Assembly (NCBI GenBank): GCA_965246715.1
Contig: CBDFFH010000044.1
Span: forward strand, 64,001-128,000
From: Chamaesiphon sp.
GTDB taxonomy: Bacteria; Cyanobacteriota; Cyanobacteriia; Cyanobacteriales; Chamaesiphonaceae
DNA length: 64,000 nt
Direction of reading: 5' to 3'
Part shown: positions 11,168-20,238 of the stretch, one piece after another
How the letters are laid out: every line of letters begins with the position of its first letter
Position numbering within the stretch: the first letter of the stretch is position 1
Position numbers and translations under genes: made by a program
Notes under the pieces: model-generated
Seen by the model: the letters and a program-made list of their open reading frames with translations, nothing else
Told to the model about the DNA's origin: nothing
The model's database searches: none

Positions 11168-11195
11168 GATTCCCCTCTCTCCCCAATCCGATCGC

Positions 11196-12605
11196 ATGAC
11201 CACATTAGCAACCTTACTCGCCACCTCCCCTTACACGACATATTCCTACGCCTACCCCCATAAAACCGCCTACCGTCCACTAGATCCGCAAGTTTCCCTG
11301 AATGAATTATGGGCACAGGAAAATCGTGAAGCCTTATTTCTCTATTTGCATATCCCTTTTTGTGAAATGCGGTGTGGATTTTGCAACTTATTTACTCAAA
11401 CAAATGCTGGCGAAGATTTAGTTACCGAGTATTTAAAAACCCTTGATCGAGAAGCCAAACAAGTAAAAGCCGCCCTGGGAGAGAGTCAATTTGCACGGAT
11501 GGCAATCGGTGGTGGTACTCCAACTTTCCTCAGTATCAGTGAATTAGATCGACTTTTCGATCTGGCGACAGAGATCGTGGGGGCAAATCCACTAAATATC
11601 CCTACATCAGTAGAAGTTTCGCCCCAAACCGCCACTTTAGACAAATTAAAACTCTTAAAAATACGCGGAGTCGATCGCATCAGTATCGGGATTCAGAGTT
11701 TTATCCCCGCCGAAACCGCTGCTGCGGGGAGACCGCAATCGATCGATAATGTCTATGCAGCCTTAGAACGGATTAAATCTGTCGATTTTCCCACCCTGAA
11801 TCTAGATCTGATTTACGGTTTACCAGGACAATCGATCGAAAGTTGGCTGGCATCACTCCAGATTGCCCTCAGCTTCGCTCCAGAAGAACTTTACCTCTAT
11901 CCCCTCTATATACGACCGTTGACGGGTTTAGGCCGCTCCAAACGCGACTGGCATGACGAACGCCGCGAATACTATCGTCAAGGTCGCGATTTGCTATCGA
12001 GCAATGGCTACGAACAAATCTCCATGCGAATGTTTCGCCTAACCACCCCCACCCCCGCGATCTTCCTTTCCCCTTCCCCACTCTACTGTTGTCAAGCCGA
12101 TGGGATGCTCGGACTCGGTTGTGGTGCCCGATCGTATACATCTCACCTCCATTATTCTAGTGAATATGCGGTCGGTATGAATGGGATTCAGGAAATTATT
12201 ACTAATTACATCCAACACGAAGACGATCGATTTAATTGGGTTGATTATGGTTATCGATTAAATTTAGGCGATCGTCAGCGTCGGTTTCTGATTCAATCGC
12301 TATTGCAATCAGAAGGCTTAGATTTGAGTAGTTATCAAAAAGAATTTGACAGTGCTGCGCTGAGTGATTTTCCACAGTTAATGGATTTAGTAACCCTAGA
12401 ATTAGCAACCTTGGCAGGAGACAGCGACACTGGAGAACGAGGAGATGGGGAGCTATCCAAAATTCAAAATCCCCAATCCCCAATCCCCAATCCCCAATCC
12501 AAAATCATCCTAACTTCAGCCGGAATGGAAGCCTCCGACACCCTCGGCGCATGGCTCTATTCACCCCAAGTCAAAGAATTGATGGAGGCTTATCAATGGC
12601 GTTAG
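11196..12605 (+). CDS. STM4012-family (HemN-like) radical SAM protein
   Basis: YLHIPFCEMRCGFCNLF, GGGTPT, RISIGIQSF, DLIYGLPGQ, CCQADGMLGLGCGARSY. Confidence 0.9.
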   Translation: MTTLATLLATSPYTTYSYAYPHKTAYRPLDPQVSLNELWAQENREALFLYLHIPFCEMRCGFCNLFTQTNAGEDLVTEYLKTLDREAKQVKAALGESQFARMAIGGGTPTFLSISELDRLFDLATEIVGANPLNIPTSVEVSPQTATLDKLKLLKIRGVDRISIGIQSFIPAETAAAGRPQSIDNVYAALERIKSVDFPTLNLDLIYGLPGQSIESWLASLQIALSFAPEELYLYPLYIRPLTGLGRSKRDWHDERREYYRQGRDLLSSNGYEQISMRMFRLTTPTPAIFLSPSPLYCCQADGMLGLGCGARSYTSHLHYSSEYAVGMNGIQEIITNYIQHEDDRFNWVDYGYRLNLGDRQRRFLIQSLLQSEGLDLSSYQKEFDSAALSDFPQLMDLVTLELATLAGDSDTGERGDGELSKIQNPQSPIPNPQSKIILTSAGMEASDTLGAWLYSPQVKELMEAYQWR

Positions 12606-13456
12606 ATTTATCGATTTTATATCGCGGCTTGCTCTCTAGTTGTAACTATGGTTGTGAGTATTGCCCCTTTGCCAAGCGGACTAATACTGCGGCCGACTTG
12701 GTGCAGGACAAAGCAGAACTCGATCGCTTTGTCGGTTGGATCGGCGATCGACATAACGATCGATTTGGTATCCTATTTACCCCGTGGGGTGAAGCTCTAA
12801 TTCATCGCTATTATCAAGCAGCGATCGAACGACTATCTCAGCTTACACAGGTAACTAAAGTCGCCATCCAAACCAATCTTACCTGTAATTTAGATTGGGT
12901 CGAGGACTGTAACAAACAAACATTGGCACTATGGACTACTTATCACCCAACCGAAGTAGCGATCGAGCAATTCTTAGCCAAATGCCACGAACTCGATCGG
13001 CGAAATGTTCGCTATAGTGTCGGCATTGTTGGTTTGAGAGAGCATCAAGAACACGCGCAAATGTTGCGTCGTGAATTATCACCCGATGTTTATCTATGGG
13101 TGAATGCTTATAAACGTCAGGTGGATTATTATACTGCTGCCGATATCGATTTATTTACTCAAATCGATCGATTGTTTCCGATTAATAACCAAATTTATAA
13201 TACTTTCAATAAACCCTGCCGAACGGGTGAAACTGTAATTTCAGTGGATGGAACCGGAACGATGCGGCGGTGTCATTTCATTCCAGATGCGATCGGGAAT
13301 ATTTACGATTCAGATTTGGAGCAAATATTAGTTCCCAGAAATTGCACCAATCGAGTTTGTCGCTGTCATATCGGTTATGTCCATTTACCTGAGTTAAATT
13401 TGGATGAGGTATATGGCGATGGAATTTTAGAAAGAATTCCTGTTACGGGTGGTTAG
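12596..13456 (+). CDS. STM4011-family radical SAM protein with Cys-rich C-terminus
   Basis: LYRGLLSSCNYGCEYCPFAK; FTPWGE; C-terminal CRTG...RRCHF...CTNRVCRCHIG; ATG overlaps the end of the upstream gene. Confidence 0.88.
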   Translation: MALDLSILYRGLLSSCNYGCEYCPFAKRTNTAADLVQDKAELDRFVGWIGDRHNDRFGILFTPWGEALIHRYYQAAIERLSQLTQVTKVAIQTNLTCNLDWVEDCNKQTLALWTTYHPTEVAIEQFLAKCHELDRRNVRYSVGIVGLREHQEHAQMLRRELSPDVYLWVNAYKRQVDYYTAADIDLFTQIDRLFPINNQIYNTFNKPCRTGETVISVDGTGTMRRCHFIPDAIGNIYDSDLEQILVPRNCTNRVCRCHIGYVHLPELNLDEVYGDGILERIPVTGG

Positions 13457-13475
13457 AACCGTATTTATTCGATGG

Positions 13476-13586
13476 AAGCGGGCGGTTTTAACTGCGCCTA
13501 TATAAACGAAGTCCACCTTCGCGGACTAAAACCTGTCTCAACCCGCGAAGGCGGGTTTCGGTTGTCTAGCGGCGGTTTCAACCGCT
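13476..13586. repeat. Palindromic REP-like element (GCGGTTTYAACYGC hairpins around the AAGTCCRCCTTCGCGGACT core)
   Basis: Same core at ~6263-6312, ~19699-19751, ~39883-39932 and ~61651-61703. Confidence 0.7.
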
Positions 13587-13645
13587 CGGCTATTAACGAT
13601 GCTCGATCGGGCATAATTAATTTACCTCTACTTCCACACCTTCCC

Positions 13646-14731
13646 ATGTCTCAACCCAATCCCGATCGCACCGATGCCATTCTTGGCGGACAAAATCCAC
13701 CCCCGATCGATGCTGCTATTTTGGGTGGTGAAATTGGCAGAAAACAGAGATTACAATATGAGAAAGCGATCGCCAGAGAAAATAAATTCTGGCGTAATTT
13801 TGAATATTTAGATGGTTTGCCCGGTAGTTATGCTATGACTTTTGCCGATCGACATGTGGTGAATTGGGAAATAGACACAGAAATCATTGAGCCAAAAGAA
13901 ATAGCATATGCTTTAAGAGCTAATAAATGGGATTATGAAAATGCAAAGATAAACTTCTACAATAAGTTGGGTGCTATGCTTTGCCATCCCGATGTGCATC
14001 GAATTGAGGCATTGGTTTTTGGCTGGTGCTATTTGGAAGATACAGATGCTATTGAGATATTAGTTAAAAATTATCGATCGCTGGCTGGATTAAAAGCTAT
14101 ATTTCTGGGGGATATTGAAGACAGAGAAATGATGATTTCTGATATTTGGTTAGCTGATGTTAGTCCGATATTATCACTCTATCCAAATCTTGAATTATTA
14201 CACCTCAGAGGCGGCAGAGCCTTGAGGTTTAGTGAATGGCGACACGAGCAGCTAAAAGCGTTAAGAGTTGAGAGCGGTGGATTGAATCGTGAGGCAATAC
14301 TAGATTTAAACCAATTAGAGCTACCAGAATTAGAATATCTAGAACTGTGGATGGGTAGACCTGACTATGGGGGAAATTCTTCAATAGATGATTTAATGCC
14401 AATCCTTTCTGGTGAAAAATTTCCGAAGCTAAAATATTTAGGACTGAGAAATTGCGAATATGCAAATGACATCGCTTTTGAATTAGTCCGGTCGCCTATT
14501 ATAGAAAGTCTAATCGAGCTAGATTTATCAATGGGAACTCTACAATTAGAAGGCTTTCAGGCATTGTTAAATTGCCCAAAAATAACCGAGCTAGAAGTCC
14601 TCAATGTTGCTCAAACTTGTATCGGTCGAGCTTTTACTGGTACGTTACCTGTAAGTGAGTTTAAATGTCGGTTAATTATGGAAGGTCAACGCGGGGGACC
14701 TTCTTATCGATATTGTGTTGTTGGAGAGTAA
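13646..14731 (+). CDS. STM4015-family LRR-like protein (copy 2) with N-terminal DAILGGQNPPPIDAAILGG module
   Basis: Paralogous to 8920-9840 (FLGDIEDREMMISDI, LELWMG..DYGG, LGLRNC, LDLSMG); C-terminus RYCVVGE; the longer ORF start at 13472 lies in a repeat. Confidence 0.82.
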   Translation: MSQPNPDRTDAILGGQNPPPIDAAILGGEIGRKQRLQYEKAIARENKFWRNFEYLDGLPGSYAMTFADRHVVNWEIDTEIIEPKEIAYALRANKWDYENAKINFYNKLGAMLCHPDVHRIEALVFGWCYLEDTDAIEILVKNYRSLAGLKAIFLGDIEDREMMISDIWLADVSPILSLYPNLELLHLRGGRALRFSEWRHEQLKALRVESGGLNREAILDLNQLELPELEYLELWMGRPDYGGNSSIDDLMPILSGEKFPKLKYLGLRNCEYANDIAFELVRSPIIESLIELDLSMGTLQLEGFQALLNCPKITELEVLNVAQTCIGRAFTGTLPVSEFKCRLIMEGQRGGPSYRYCVVGE

Positions 14732-14772
14732 ATGTAAATTTCGGAGGGCATGCTCTCGTGCTTGCCATTCAT

Positions 14773-15795
14773 TCAAGTCTCCACCAAAGGTTTATACAAC
14801 TCCGGATCGTCAAATCCCGCCGTCCAAGCTATGGCTTGATGACAAGTCTGCATATTTGGCGGCACGCGGATGATGTATTGATTTGCTGTCGAAGGACAGA
14901 TTACCGCCACACAAACCAAATCCTCATCTCCCGCCATCGACACCCGCAACAGCCGCCGCTCACCACCAGGATCGGTATCGGTATGCAATACCTCAGCCTG
15001 TGCCTGCAAGATGAATCGATCGTACCCAAACCGTTCGAGCAATACCCGTCGCAACTCGGCATTCCGTTCGGCGAGGATCTCATCTACCGTAATCGTTTCC
15101 GGCGCGAAGGCAATCCGCCGATCGATCGGGACTCCATTCCAGCGTAATTGCACATCCCGTAACGACTCTGGCAATCGATCGATCTGCGTGCGCGCGATAT
15201 CCAGCCAGGAGCTAATTTCGATCCCTTCTGGGAGGGCTGTGAGGAGATTGCAGCCGCTCAAATTGAGGGAAGCGATCCGTAAGCCAAACTGGGGCAGACT
15301 AGTCAAGTGGGAGCAATTGCGAACATTCAATCGCCCTAACGAAATCGACACCGAAGCCGGGAATTCAGTGAGTCGATCGCACCCTTCGAGATCGAGGAAA
15401 CACACCTCTAGCGCCAGCGGCAGCTCGGTTAACGCCGTACAACCATTCAAGATCAGCGAACCAACTTTCAAGCCATTGGGGAGGCGTTTTAGTGCCTGAC
15501 AATTTTGAAGATCGAGGCGATATGCCACCTGAAGATCGCTTGGTAAGGAGGTCAACCCAGTACCCTCAGCAATGAGTTGGGTGCAGTGTAAATTGCTGGG
15601 CAGACTAGTCAATGCCGTACAGTTGCGGACATTTAGAGTTCGCACTGTGAGATTGGCTGGTAGCTCGCGCAGTTGAGTGTTCCCGAAAAATTCTAAATTT
15701 CCCGTTACCGTCATCTCATACGGAAATGGAGTCATCGGCTCGCTCGCTCGCTCGAGAATGAGCTTGGTAGCCTCCGCTGGCGTGTAATTAGGCAT
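14773..15795 (-). CDS. LRR protein with C-terminal DUF6745-like domain
   Basis: LxLxxCxxLxxLP repeats; EILAERNAELRRVLLERFGYDRF...CPST...RVPP...AIAWTAG...ET. Confidence 0.8.
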   Translation of the reverse strand: MPNYTPAEATKLILERASEPMTPFPYEMTVTGNLEFFGNTQLRELPANLTVRTLNVRNCTALTSLPSNLHCTQLIAEGTGLTSLPSDLQVAYRLDLQNCQALKRLPNGLKVGSLILNGCTALTELPLALEVCFLDLEGCDRLTEFPASVSISLGRLNVRNCSHLTSLPQFGLRIASLNLSGCNLLTALPEGIEISSWLDIARTQIDRLPESLRDVQLRWNGVPIDRRIAFAPETITVDEILAERNAELRRVLLERFGYDRFILQAQAEVLHTDTDPGGERRLLRVSMAGDEDLVCVAVICPSTANQYIIRVPPNMQTCHQAIAWTAGFDDPELYKPLVET

Positions 15796-15801
15796 GGTTA
15801 A

Positions 15802-16098
15802 CTAATCCGCGATCGTCCGAATTTCAGTTGGGGTATATTCCCGTTGTTGCCACACGCGATAATTACCTTGTGGAAGGGAGATCGTCGCATGTTCTTCATG
15901 GACGAGATTGGCAGATGGCGCTAATACCTGGAGATAGAGATTGCCGTCTCGCTCGAACATTTGGGCATCGCCAAATTTCTCGATCCGATGCGTATGTCCG
16001 GTCATTTCCCCATGTGCGAGGATACAATTCGGCTGTCTACTGGCATCTGCGGGAATTTCCGCGATCGCCGCCACAAAAACATCTCCGTGTCTCCACAT
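15802..16098 (-). CDS. Conserved His-rich small protein, partner of the DUF6745-like gene
   Basis: RHGDV, LAHGEMTGHTHRI, HEEH, LPQGNYRVWQQREY, IRTIAD; gaggaa RBS; 6 nt upstream of the next gene. Confidence 0.8.
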   Translation of the reverse strand: MWRHGDVFVAAIAEIPADASRQPNCILAHGEMTGHTHRIEKFGDAQMFERDGNLYLQVLAPSANLVHEEHATISLPQGNYRVWQQREYTPTEIRTIAD

Positions 16099-16298
16099 AA
16101 TACTTTCCTCAAATACTTAGGTATGAGCTAGATCTGGTAGTTTGTAGCTCTGTTTATAATTATACCCAACCACACAAACACCAATTCCTAATTCGATCGG
16201 CGCTTGCGGATCTTCATCGATCGCGAGATCGCCGATTTCACTATACCTGTTGCCGACTTCGATGACAATGCCAAACTGCCAAGCGAGAGATCGATCCG

Positions 16299-16766
16299 CT
16301 ACCTAAAATTTGTAAATCCTAACCGCTGGCGCAAGGCTGAGGAGAATAGACGAATACCAGGAACGAACACGATCCCCAACTGTTGCATCATTCCCGCCTG
16401 GTCGCCTTGTCCCCAATGTTCGACCACCTTACCATCGATGACTCGATCGATATGCATCACCGCAATTTTCACCGCCTTACCTGTTGCTGGTAATCCCTGA
16501 AAATTGCCTAAATGAGTACCTGTAAATATACCTTGAGTTACTACTTTATCGCCTTGTCCGATCGCATTTTCAAATTGATGGCAACCGTCAGGAAAAGCTC
16601 GCTGAAAGTCTGCGCCAAAGGTGGTAAAAGCATCGCGATTTAAAGCTGCTGGCATCCCGACTAGATATGCGGCAAAATCTTCAGCTAACAGATCTTTAAC
16701 GCTAACAAAATCACCTCGATCGAACGTAGCATAGAGTTCTAGAACTAGTTCGGTAGTGGTTTTCAT
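16299..16766 (-). CDS. SnoaL-like ester cyclase / polyketide cyclase family protein
   Basis: AFPD, GDKVV, FTGTHLGNFQGLPATGK, GKVVEHWG. Confidence 0.88.
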   Translation of the reverse strand: MKTTTELVLELYATFDRGDFVSVKDLLAEDFAAYLVGMPAALNRDAFTTFGADFQRAFPDGCHQFENAIGQGDKVVTQGIFTGTHLGNFQGLPATGKAVKIAVMHIDRVIDGKVVEHWGQGDQAGMMQQLGIVFVPGIRLFSSALRQRLGFTNFR

Positions 16767-16771
16767 CTGGA

Positions 16772-17830
16772 TTAAACGATCGATGCGGTGGCTAGTTCTC
16801 CAATCTGTGCCAACTGTTTAGTTGCGGCACCACTGCTAAGTAATTCCCGTGCTAACTGCATCCCCAGCTGCATATTGGCGACCGCGCCACAGTGCCAGAG
16901 ATAAAATCCCGCATTCCAGAGGACAGAGTTGAGGAGTTCCGAAGATTCTCCATGCAGCACTGTGGCAAAATTTGCCATTAGTTCTGGTGTCGGCAGTAGT
17001 GGTGCATTCAGATTGCTCAAATCGTAGTCATAATGATGCAGAAAAATTCGCTCTAATTCTTGCCCAGCCTGATGAACGCCAGCAATTACAGTGCGATCGC
17101 GTGGCAGATCGGTACTCCCTTCTAACCCCTTAATCGTGGTAATTTTATGCGGAGTTCCGCGCAAGGCTGCAGCAACTAGTGCCGTTTGTTCGGTGGGGGG
17201 ATGGACATAACCAAAGATCAGATGAGCCTCACCAGCATAAGGACACCACATTAATTCTAGCGTCGCGATCGGCGGTCGCTTGCCGATTTGGTCGCGATAG
17301 GGGGTCAGTCCAGCTGCCAGCGGAAAATGAGTCGGGGTGTAGACAAAGCCCAAGCCTGTTGTCGCGAAGATCGATTGAATGCGATCGAAAGACAGCTTCG
17401 ACCAATCTACCCCCCATTCCTGCCAGATATCGACCAGCGGAATGCCATGTTTGGTCGGCATTCGATCGCCACCGTGCAAGATGACCGGAATCCCCGCTGC
17501 GGTCATAATTAGAGCGACTAGTGGCGCGAGTGGCGCGGTACGCGATCGACCATCATACGGAATGCCAAAAATTACCGGCGATCGCGAGTGGCTGGCAACG
17601 GGTTGTAATTGCGGCCCGAGCTTGGCATAAGCATCTTGCATCCCTGCCAACTCTGCTCCAGTCGGACGCTTAATCCGATGAGCGATCATAAATGCCCCGA
17701 TTTGAGCGGGGGTAGCAGTTTGCAGCAGCATCAGTTCCATTGCTTCTGCGGCATCCTCGCGCGTTAAACTTTTGCCTGTATGTGGCCCACTGCCAATTTT
17801 TTGGACGAATTCCCGAAATCGATCGCTCAT
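16772..17830 (-). CDS. cnaT: CnaT, anthranilate phosphoribosyltransferase-like protein
   Basis: GSGPHTGKSLTR, QIGAFMIAHRIKRPT, PYDGRSRTAP; lies directly downstream of ntcB as in Anabaena. Confidence 0.8.
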   Translation of the reverse strand: MSDRFREFVQKIGSGPHTGKSLTREDAAEAMELMLLQTATPAQIGAFMIAHRIKRPTGAELAGMQDAYAKLGPQLQPVASHSRSPVIFGIPYDGRSRTAPLAPLVALIMTAAGIPVILHGGDRMPTKHGIPLVDIWQEWGVDWSKLSFDRIQSIFATTGLGFVYTPTHFPLAAGLTPYRDQIGKRPPIATLELMWCPYAGEAHLIFGYVHPPTEQTALVAAALRGTPHKITTIKGLEGSTDLPRDRTVIAGVHQAGQELERIFLHHYDYDLSNLNAPLLPTPELMANFATVLHGESSELLNSVLWNAGFYLWHCGAVANMQLGMQLARELLSSGAATKQLAQIGELATASIV

Positions 17831-17940
17831 TTGTAGTGAATGTTATGGCTAGTGGCTGCAAAAATAGATTTTTTTTGTAGTCACTTAACTCCTGGTGATA
17901 GAAATGTGTGGCATAGCGTAATATGAAAATCGAAAGATAA

Positions 17941-18876
17941 CTAGTTATTAGCCACTAATTTAGTGACAAGATCGCAGAAAAACTGGATCGGCGGGAGTTG
18001 GAGTCTGTCACGAGAGGTGACGAGGACGACTTGACGGGAGAGATCGATTGCTGGTTGGGGCATCGGCTCGCACGGATTGTCGTTTGCGTTAGCAATCGAT
18101 CGAACAGCCAAAGATGGATCGCTACCGATATCTAATAATGCCGATTGCGGCAGGAGCGCGATTAATTCTCCTTGCCGAACCACGCCCCGAAAGGCATCGA
18201 GCGTATTTAATTCTAACACTGCATTGAGTTGGCTGCCTTGTTTGCTAAATTGTTCTTGTACCAATCGTTGCATTCCATAACCGTCTTTGAATACCACTTG
18301 GGGATATTTTACCAGTTGTGCCCAGGGGACGAGATCGTATTGAGTGAGGGGATGTTGTGCTGACATGAGAATCTCGATCGGTTCGCGATAGAGATCGAGT
18401 ACCACCAGATCGGGACTAGCCGTAAACATCCGATTGTCCATCACGATCGCGATATCTACCAGGCCATCTTTGAGTACTTTCAAGGCGCGATCGCTACCTA
18501 GTGCGGTTACGCGCAATTGCACTTGCGGATATCGGCGACAAAACTCTTGTAAGATCGGCGGTAACAAATGGGCACAGACTGAATGAATGGCGGCGACGCA
18601 AAGTTCTGGCTGTTTGCCGACGAGGAGGTCTTCGATCGATTTATGTGCCAATGTCCATTCATTACAGATCTTGCGCGCATGTGGTAAAAGTCGATCGCCA
18701 CCAACTGTTAATTTTGCTTGATGGTGACGATGAAATAACGAAATCCCTAAATCTTCTTCCAATGATTGGATTTGACGGCTGATGGTCGATTGGGTGCAAC
18801 CACAGACCCCAGCAGCTTGTTGAAAACTACCTGTTTCGGCGATCGCCAGAAAGGCTTGCAACTGTTCGATCCGCAT
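17941..18876 (-). CDS. ntcB: LysR-family nitrogen regulator NtcB
   Basis: MRIEQLQAFLAIAETGSFQQAA, ELCVAAIHSVC, LRVTALGSDRALKVL. Confidence 0.88.
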   Translation of the reverse strand: MRIEQLQAFLAIAETGSFQQAAGVCGCTQSTISRQIQSLEEDLGISLFHRHHQAKLTVGGDRLLPHARKICNEWTLAHKSIEDLLVGKQPELCVAAIHSVCAHLLPPILQEFCRRYPQVQLRVTALGSDRALKVLKDGLVDIAIVMDNRMFTASPDLVVLDLYREPIEILMSAQHPLTQYDLVPWAQLVKYPQVVFKDGYGMQRLVQEQFSKQGSQLNAVLELNTLDAFRGVVRQGELIALLPQSALLDIGSDPSLAVRSIANANDNPCEPMPQPAIDLSRQVVLVTSRDRLQLPPIQFFCDLVTKLVANN

Positions 18877-19019
18877 AACTGAATTAATCGATCGGCGATG
18901 TGAGCAATTTGGCTCGAGACAATCTTAACGATTGTTACTGACCAATCAGAGCTGGGAGCTATATTGTAGCCGGAAAACTCTCACTCTAGATCCAGTATTT
19001 AAAACCCAAGTTGCTACCT

Positions 19020-19234
19020 AACGTCAGTTCGGGATAAGGAAAATTGATTTGCTCCGCTCAAGCCCCGCCCTGAACTATAAGTTCGGGCTAATAGCTAAAG
19101 TTCTCTGAAGAGAACTGCAAAATCGATTAGTTCGTTTCAACGAACTTTAGCTATTAGCCCCAAATTCATTTGAGGGCGGTGCGAAAACGAAGCTAGGAGT
19201 GATTAAGCACAAATCCTTAACCCGAACTCACGTT
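19020..19234. mobile_element. MITE with TIR AACGTSAGTTCGGGWTAAGG and 4-bp TSD ACCT
   Basis: aacgtcagttcgggataagg ... ccttaacccgaactcacgtt; acct on both sides; internal palindrome gctaatagctaaagtt...aactttagctattagc. Confidence 0.85.
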
Positions 19235-19238
19235 ACCT

Positions 19239-19659
19239 AACGTCAGTTCGGGTTAAGGCTCTACGTTTTAGGCCATTCTTGGATTGGTGCTTTCCTAGAG
19301 GTTACTAGTGAGGAGAACCCGGATCTGGGGGTCGGAACCCCCAGACCCCCCGTTGAGGAGCGACCCAAATCGCGCTGAGGTCTCCGTCTGGCGACACGTC
19401 TCGCTTCGCTCGCCTACAGCGCGATTTGGGTCAAGACAGCGGAGTGCCGCCCCTCAATCCCCTGTCTTGACTCGCTAAACCGTCGGGAAACCCGACGAGC
19501 GCGAGTCGCTGCACAAGGGTTGGTTTGTTGGCAGCGATTAGCGCTTCGCATTAGCTTCGCAATGAGAATCGATCTGTGGGTTGGGGTCGATTTGCTGGGG
19601 ACGGTTCCGAAACGAGTCCAGGAGTCATTAATCGGTAATACTTAACCCGAACTGACGTT
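19239..19659. mobile_element. Second tandem MITE, same TIR, different and nested cargo, TSD ACCT
   Basis: aacgtcagttcgggttaag ... cttaacccgaactgacgtt followed by acct. Confidence 0.85.
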
Positions 19660-19674
19660 ACCTACAACTCCTCC

Positions 19675-19780
19675 AGCGGTTTTAACCGCTGCTCACGCTG
19701 CAAAGTCCGCCTTCGCGGACTAATAAACTAGTCCGCGAAGGCGGACTTTGCATCATTAGCCACGATTTCAATCGTTGGCA
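19675..19780. repeat. Palindromic REP-like element
   Basis: agcggttttaaccgct; tgcaaagtccgccttcgcggact...agtccgcgaaggcggactttgca. Confidence 0.75.
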
Positions 19781-19896
19781 TTCTAGTAGGTAGCAACTTG
19801 GGTTATTTAAAGTGAAACTCCCTAACAAGCTAATTGCTAAGGAGTCGGTACATATTGTTATACCTAAATTTTGAGTCAAATCGGATCGATCGCGAT

Positions 19897-20238
19897 CTAG
19901 TGAGCGGAGCTGCCGATCGAAGTATCGAACGGATTGGGGAGATCCGCAGTCCGAATCGCACCACCTTTGTTGGTCTGCTGGCGCATTCCTTCGCGATATA
20001 CGCGTTCGACCGACTGAGAATCACTCAGATATTCTTGGTCGGGATAGCTCAAGCCAAGTAATAAGGTTGCTTGCCGATCGATGCCAGCATTGCGATAGAT
20101 ATCGCCAGTCTGCTCGAATACAGCACGATTCATCGCATCGGCAATACTTTCTGGAGTTTGTTGTGCTTGTGCTTGGGGGGCAAAATAGCCAAGCGCCGCT
20201 ACAGTCAATGTTACTAAACCAATTGTCTTCATTTGCAT
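19897..20238 (-). CDS. Conserved cyanobacterial secreted hypothetical protein
   Basis: Signal peptide ending AQA; RTADLPNPFDTS C-terminal motif. Confidence 0.7.
   Translation of the reverse strand: MQMKTIGLVTLTVAALGYFAPQAQAQQTPESIADAMNRAVFEQTGDIYRNAGIDRQATLLLGLSYPDQEYLSDSQSVERVYREGMRQQTNKGGAIRTADLPNPFDTSIGSSAH

Noticed and set aside
11047..11195. Candidate RiPP precursor peptide in the intergenic gaps of the ATP-grasp/rSAM cluster
   Set aside because: Gaps are explained by the RAYT remnant and repeats; no small ORF with an RBS and leader/core pattern was found
11196..12605. Calling the first radical SAM gene hemN/hemW
   Set aside because: The YxYAYPHK N-terminus, CCQADGM motif and cluster context indicate the STM4012 family rather than a heme-pathway enzyme
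13472..13645. N-terminal extension of ORF 13472-14731
   Set aside because: It is translation through a palindromic repeat; ATG 13646 is the more plausible start
16180..16285. Minus-strand peptide WQFGIVIEVGNRYSEIGDLAI...IELG resembling a GNAT fragment
   Set aside because: Too short, no start codon, similarity only impressionistic
18966..18979. Possible NtcA site upstream of ntcB (minus strand GTT-N8-TAC)
   Set aside because: One mismatch to GTA-N8-TAC, and the nearest TAN3T box is ~38 nt away rather than ~22; plausible but not supportable
19020..19780. Repeat-dense region considered as a CRISPR array
   Set aside because: Repeats are inverted terminal pairs around long palindromic interiors, not regularly spaced direct repeats with unique spacers; no cas genes in the window
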